Source: Balanoglossus misakiensis
Lineage: Eukaryota > Animalia > Hemichordata
Direction: 5' to 3'
DNA: 64,000 bases
NCBI GenBank assembly: GCA_040954595.2
Contig: CM082577.2
Span: 4,526,305-4,590,304 of the forward strand
Shown one piece after another: positions 60,801-64,000 of this stretch. Numbering within the stretch: position 1 is the first letter of the stretch; every line of letters begins with the position of its first letter. A program made the position numbers and the translations under genes. The notes beneath the pieces are model-generated. The model was not told the DNA's origin. It was given only the letters and a program-made list of their open reading frames with translations, and searched no databases.

Positions 60801-63404
60801 ACAAGCAGCTGCAGTCGCAGTTCCAGCAGCAGATCCTGCAGAAGCAGGCCCAGATCAAACAGGCCGCAGCCATCGAGACGCTGCGGATCAAACAGAAGGC
60901 GATGACCCCGGAGGAGAAAGCTGAGCAGCAAAGGTACGTACTGCGGCTCAGTGGTGTGTAGACACGTTATCGTCTCCTGGGCAACCGGCTGTGCACAACA
61001 CCTGCAGCCGAGGCGCATCTCATGAATATTTTGACATCAGTAGATTTTGCATCCAGTTTACCAGTCTGGGTAATTCCCACACAACAAGTTCAATCTACAG
61101 CCACTGTCAGAAATTGAAACTCATAGTAAATCTATACCTGGGTCAGTCAAACTTTATTAGTTCATTCTGTCACCATCCCATATTCACATAATCCTTACTG
61201 CATGTTACATTTACTGTAACTTTCATGTATATTTTCTTTAAATGTTTTTCAAGGATGGCCATTTGCAATCAAGTCATGAAATCCCTCCTGGACAAAGTGG
61301 AAAAGGAGGAGAGAATGAGTCTGAAGAGAAAGAAGCAACAAGAAAATAAGGAGGAGAAGCGAAGTCGGCTGGCCGCAACCAAACTGAGCGGTTTGTTGTG
61401 CAAACACAAAGAGGTGTTGAAGAAAGACATCATGAAGAAAAGGGAACTCCTGGAGAAGAATCTCATGGTTGAAGTCCAGGTTTGTCCTGATTTTGATTTT
61501 GGAAAGTTTAATGTGCCAGATGTCTCGCAGATTACAGACTCTTCTTCTGGATTGTAAACATCTGTTCCTGAAACACTAAAATGTCCCCTTTTGATTTTTC
61601 CCTGGCACTCTGCAGGACGAGCTGAAACAAGAACAGAAAGCGGCCAAGAAGAGAAAGAAGAGTGAAACGGCTAGCAGTGGTGCAGTCCCTGCTGCAGCTT
61701 CTCCTACAAAGGCTGCCGTTGCTACGTCAACCAACTCCACTGTCGCCAACACAGAAGACGCTGTCAGCGCACCAAAACAGAAGAAGAAGAAAATGGAGGA
61801 AAGGTTGTACTGCGTCTGTAAAACACCATATGATGCCACCAAGTAAGTCATTCTGAATTATGTCTGAATACTGTTTTTCCCCCATCACATGTAATTGCAA
61901 GAACTGTGATTATTTAATAAAGAGCCGAATGGGCCAGTTGTGCACCCAGGGTTTCAGTGGGTCAGCTTAACCCAGTGTCACCCCCAGTTTTCTCTATAGA
62001 GGTTCATCTTTACCATAGAAAACAATGGATTTGGGTCAAACCATGGTGGCAAAAGGGTTAATCCCTTTCAAACTCTGAAAAAATCAAAATTGACATGTGA
62101 TACTTGTTAACTCACCATTTGAATTCTATAGTTGCATGGAAAATGTAAGATTCAACCTATTCATTAGAATTAAATTAAGCAAGTTCAAATGTCACCTGGC
62201 ATTCCACACATGAGTTTCCCCTTGAGAGTCAGACATCTCTCTCATCCGAGTATTGCCTTGTTTCAATGCAGATTCTACATTGGTTGCGATCTGTGCAACA
62301 ACTGGTATCACGGCACGTGCGTGAACATCACCGACGACGAGGCGGACAAACTGAGCGAGTACGTGTGCAACGATTGCAAATCGCAGCAGCAAGAGAGGGA
62401 CGAGGAACTGTACTGCATCTGTCGGAAGCCGTACGACGAGTCCAGGTGAGTTGTTGCCGCAGTGTTTTGCCGCTCGCTCGACTCTCGGAATATTGAAGGA
62501 AATTATCGACTCGGGACCTTGGAGGGTAAGCATACAGTAAAATATCACCACCGTTTTTCTGTTTTGTACAGTTTCTACATCGGATGCGATCGCTGCCAAG
62601 ACTGGTTCCACGGCCGCTGCGTGGGCATCACTCCGTCAGAGGCAGAATCCATCGAGAAGTACATCTGTCCGAATTGCCATTCGGCCAGAAACCAACAAAG
62701 CCACACCCGAGATCTCACCACGAGGGATTATGAACAACTGAGGCGCTTGCTGAAACAGATGCAGGTAGGGGCTGGTTGCCTTTTAGTGAGATGGAGGATA
62801 GACCATCTTCATGGCATGTCAGTGAGGACAGCCTCCATCCATCTTTCAGTGTGACTTTATTAGAACTTCTCTTACACCTTCTGCAGCACACAATAGTCTT
62901 ACATTGTCAATATTTATACCCCCACAGAGTCACAAAATGGCGTGGCCTTTCTTGGATCCAGTGAATGAACTCGAGGCACCAGATTACTACAAAGTCATCA
63001 AAGAACCAATGGGTAAGATTCAAAGTCATCTTGCTACTTCCACAGTGTCAGGGACAAAGTCCTGATGTTCTTGATAAAGAGTAGATTTGACATCCAATTT
63101 ACAGTGGGTGTGTGCAAATTGTCATCACTAGAGGGTTTCCCTCGGACGTTGCCCCTCATGCACTGATGCGACGTATGCCAACACATCATTCCTGTGTCTG
63201 TTCACAGATCTCTCCACCTTGGAGGAGAACCTCAAGGCCAAGGAGTACATCAAACTGGGCGAATTCATCGGCGACGTCACCAAGATATTCGACAACTGCC
63301 GCTTCTACAACCCCAGCGACTCCCCGTTCTTTCACTGCGCCGACGTTCTGGAGAAATTCTTCGTCCTGAAAATCAAATCCATCAAGCAGAACATGAGCCA
63401 GTGA
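51895..63404 (+). CDS. BPTF: Nucleosome-remodeling factor subunit BPTF / NURF301
   Basis: 16 exons: 51895-53117, 53740-53945, 54266-55791, 55926-56133, 56307-58502, 58703-58853, 58960-59083, 59288-59597, 59962-60477, 60573-60933, 61254-61479, 61616-61842, 62272-62445, 62572-62764, 62928-63012, 63208-63404. AT-hook [12 protein letters not shown] ([20 protein letters not shown]), PHD1 ([16 protein letters not shown]), [12 protein letters not shown], polyQ, two C-terminal PHD fingers, bromodomain ([28 protein letters not shown]). Confidence 0.97.
56043..56114 (+). repeat. Coding 24-nt tandem repeat x3 in BPTF exon 4
   Basis: gacaaaagcattgctaaatccagt / gataaaagcgttactaaatccagc / gataaaagcacagctcaatccaac = [24 protein letters not shown]. 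Confidence 0.85.
60677..60745 (+). repeat. CAA/CAG polyglutamine tract in BPTF
   Basis: [23 protein letters not shown] in frame within exon 60573-60933. Confidence 0.95.
61967..62061. mobile_element. Short TTAA-bounded inverted-repeat element in BPTF intron 12
   Basis: TTAACCC...GGGTTAA termini. A similar TTAACC...GGTTAA-bounded element of about 100 bp lies at about 46466-46565. Confidence 0.5.
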
Positions 63405-64000
63405 GAGAGGTCGCCTCCGAGGTCACCATTTGAGAAAAACACTAATGAATTCATTTTTAATCTTTTAATTAATAGGTAAATCTAGGTTGCATTAAATTTG
63501 ATGAAATTATGTAGGCATAGAGATTAAATATGACAAAAAAAACAAACAATTGTGATAATCTATTTTCTAAATGAATATGATGAAATATTATTCTTGGATA
63601 ACTGGATAATAAACGTTGTTGAAATCAGCCCAGATTTCAAAAAAAGCAATGACGCATTTCCTGGTTGAAGAGATTCTGTTTATATAAAAAAAAGAAGGGA
63701 AAAAAAGGCAAAGCTGTGAACTTTGACCCCCGTGTACAGTAGTTTTACATAGAGTGCATTCGGTGTGGTGTTGTTACGTACAAGCCATCGTCCAGTAGAA
63801 TTTGACCCGATTTTATGGGTTTAGGGGAAAACGTGTAAAAAGAAAAAAATTGCAACAAAAAAACCAACAACATCTCTGTAAAGTACAGTCTCTGCTGCAG
63901 CCTTTCTTAATAAATATACCTGTGTACAGAGATCCTTCACATTCTGTAAAGCCACTCACTCAGTAATTGACCATGAGCTTGATCACGTAGCTTTACATTC

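Noticed and set aside
1-64000. tRNA, rRNA, CRISPR array or prokaryotic operon/defence system
   Set aside because: The sequence is spliceosomal-intron eukaryotic DNA. No cloverleaf, rRNA motif or repeat-spacer array was seen; the only tRNA-like boxes belong to the SINE at 44892.

Overview
Animal genomic DNA, most likely an invertebrate bilaterian; the organism cannot be fixed from the sequence alone. Eight intron-containing protein-coding genes could be assembled by hand from splice signals with consistent reading phase. They sit on strictly alternating strands as four consecutive head-to-head pairs: (1) an uncharacterised RUN-PDZ-PTB-like gene (-) and galactokinase GALK1 (+); (2) a plant-type FKBP12 (-) and CHMP6/Vps20 (+); (3) NTHL1 (-) and a PRPP-synthetase-associated protein PRPSAP (+); (4) AIMP2 (-) and BPTF/NURF301 (+). 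The RUN-PDZ-PTB gene has 13 small exons spread over 30 kb, runs off the left edge, and is mostly missed by the ORF track. Most notable points: the FKBP has plant-FKBP12 signature residues and three introns of three different terminal types (GC-AG, GT-AG, U12 AT-AC); PRPSAP has a tandem-duplicated, intact terminal exon; the RUN-PDZ-PTB gene has a candidate 9-nt microexon and very large, motif-rich introns, with divergent CTCF-like motifs near the start of the compact gene cluster. A CORE-type SINE, several MITE/HINE-like remnants and microsatellites are also present. Gene identities come from recognised protein motifs; no database search was run.
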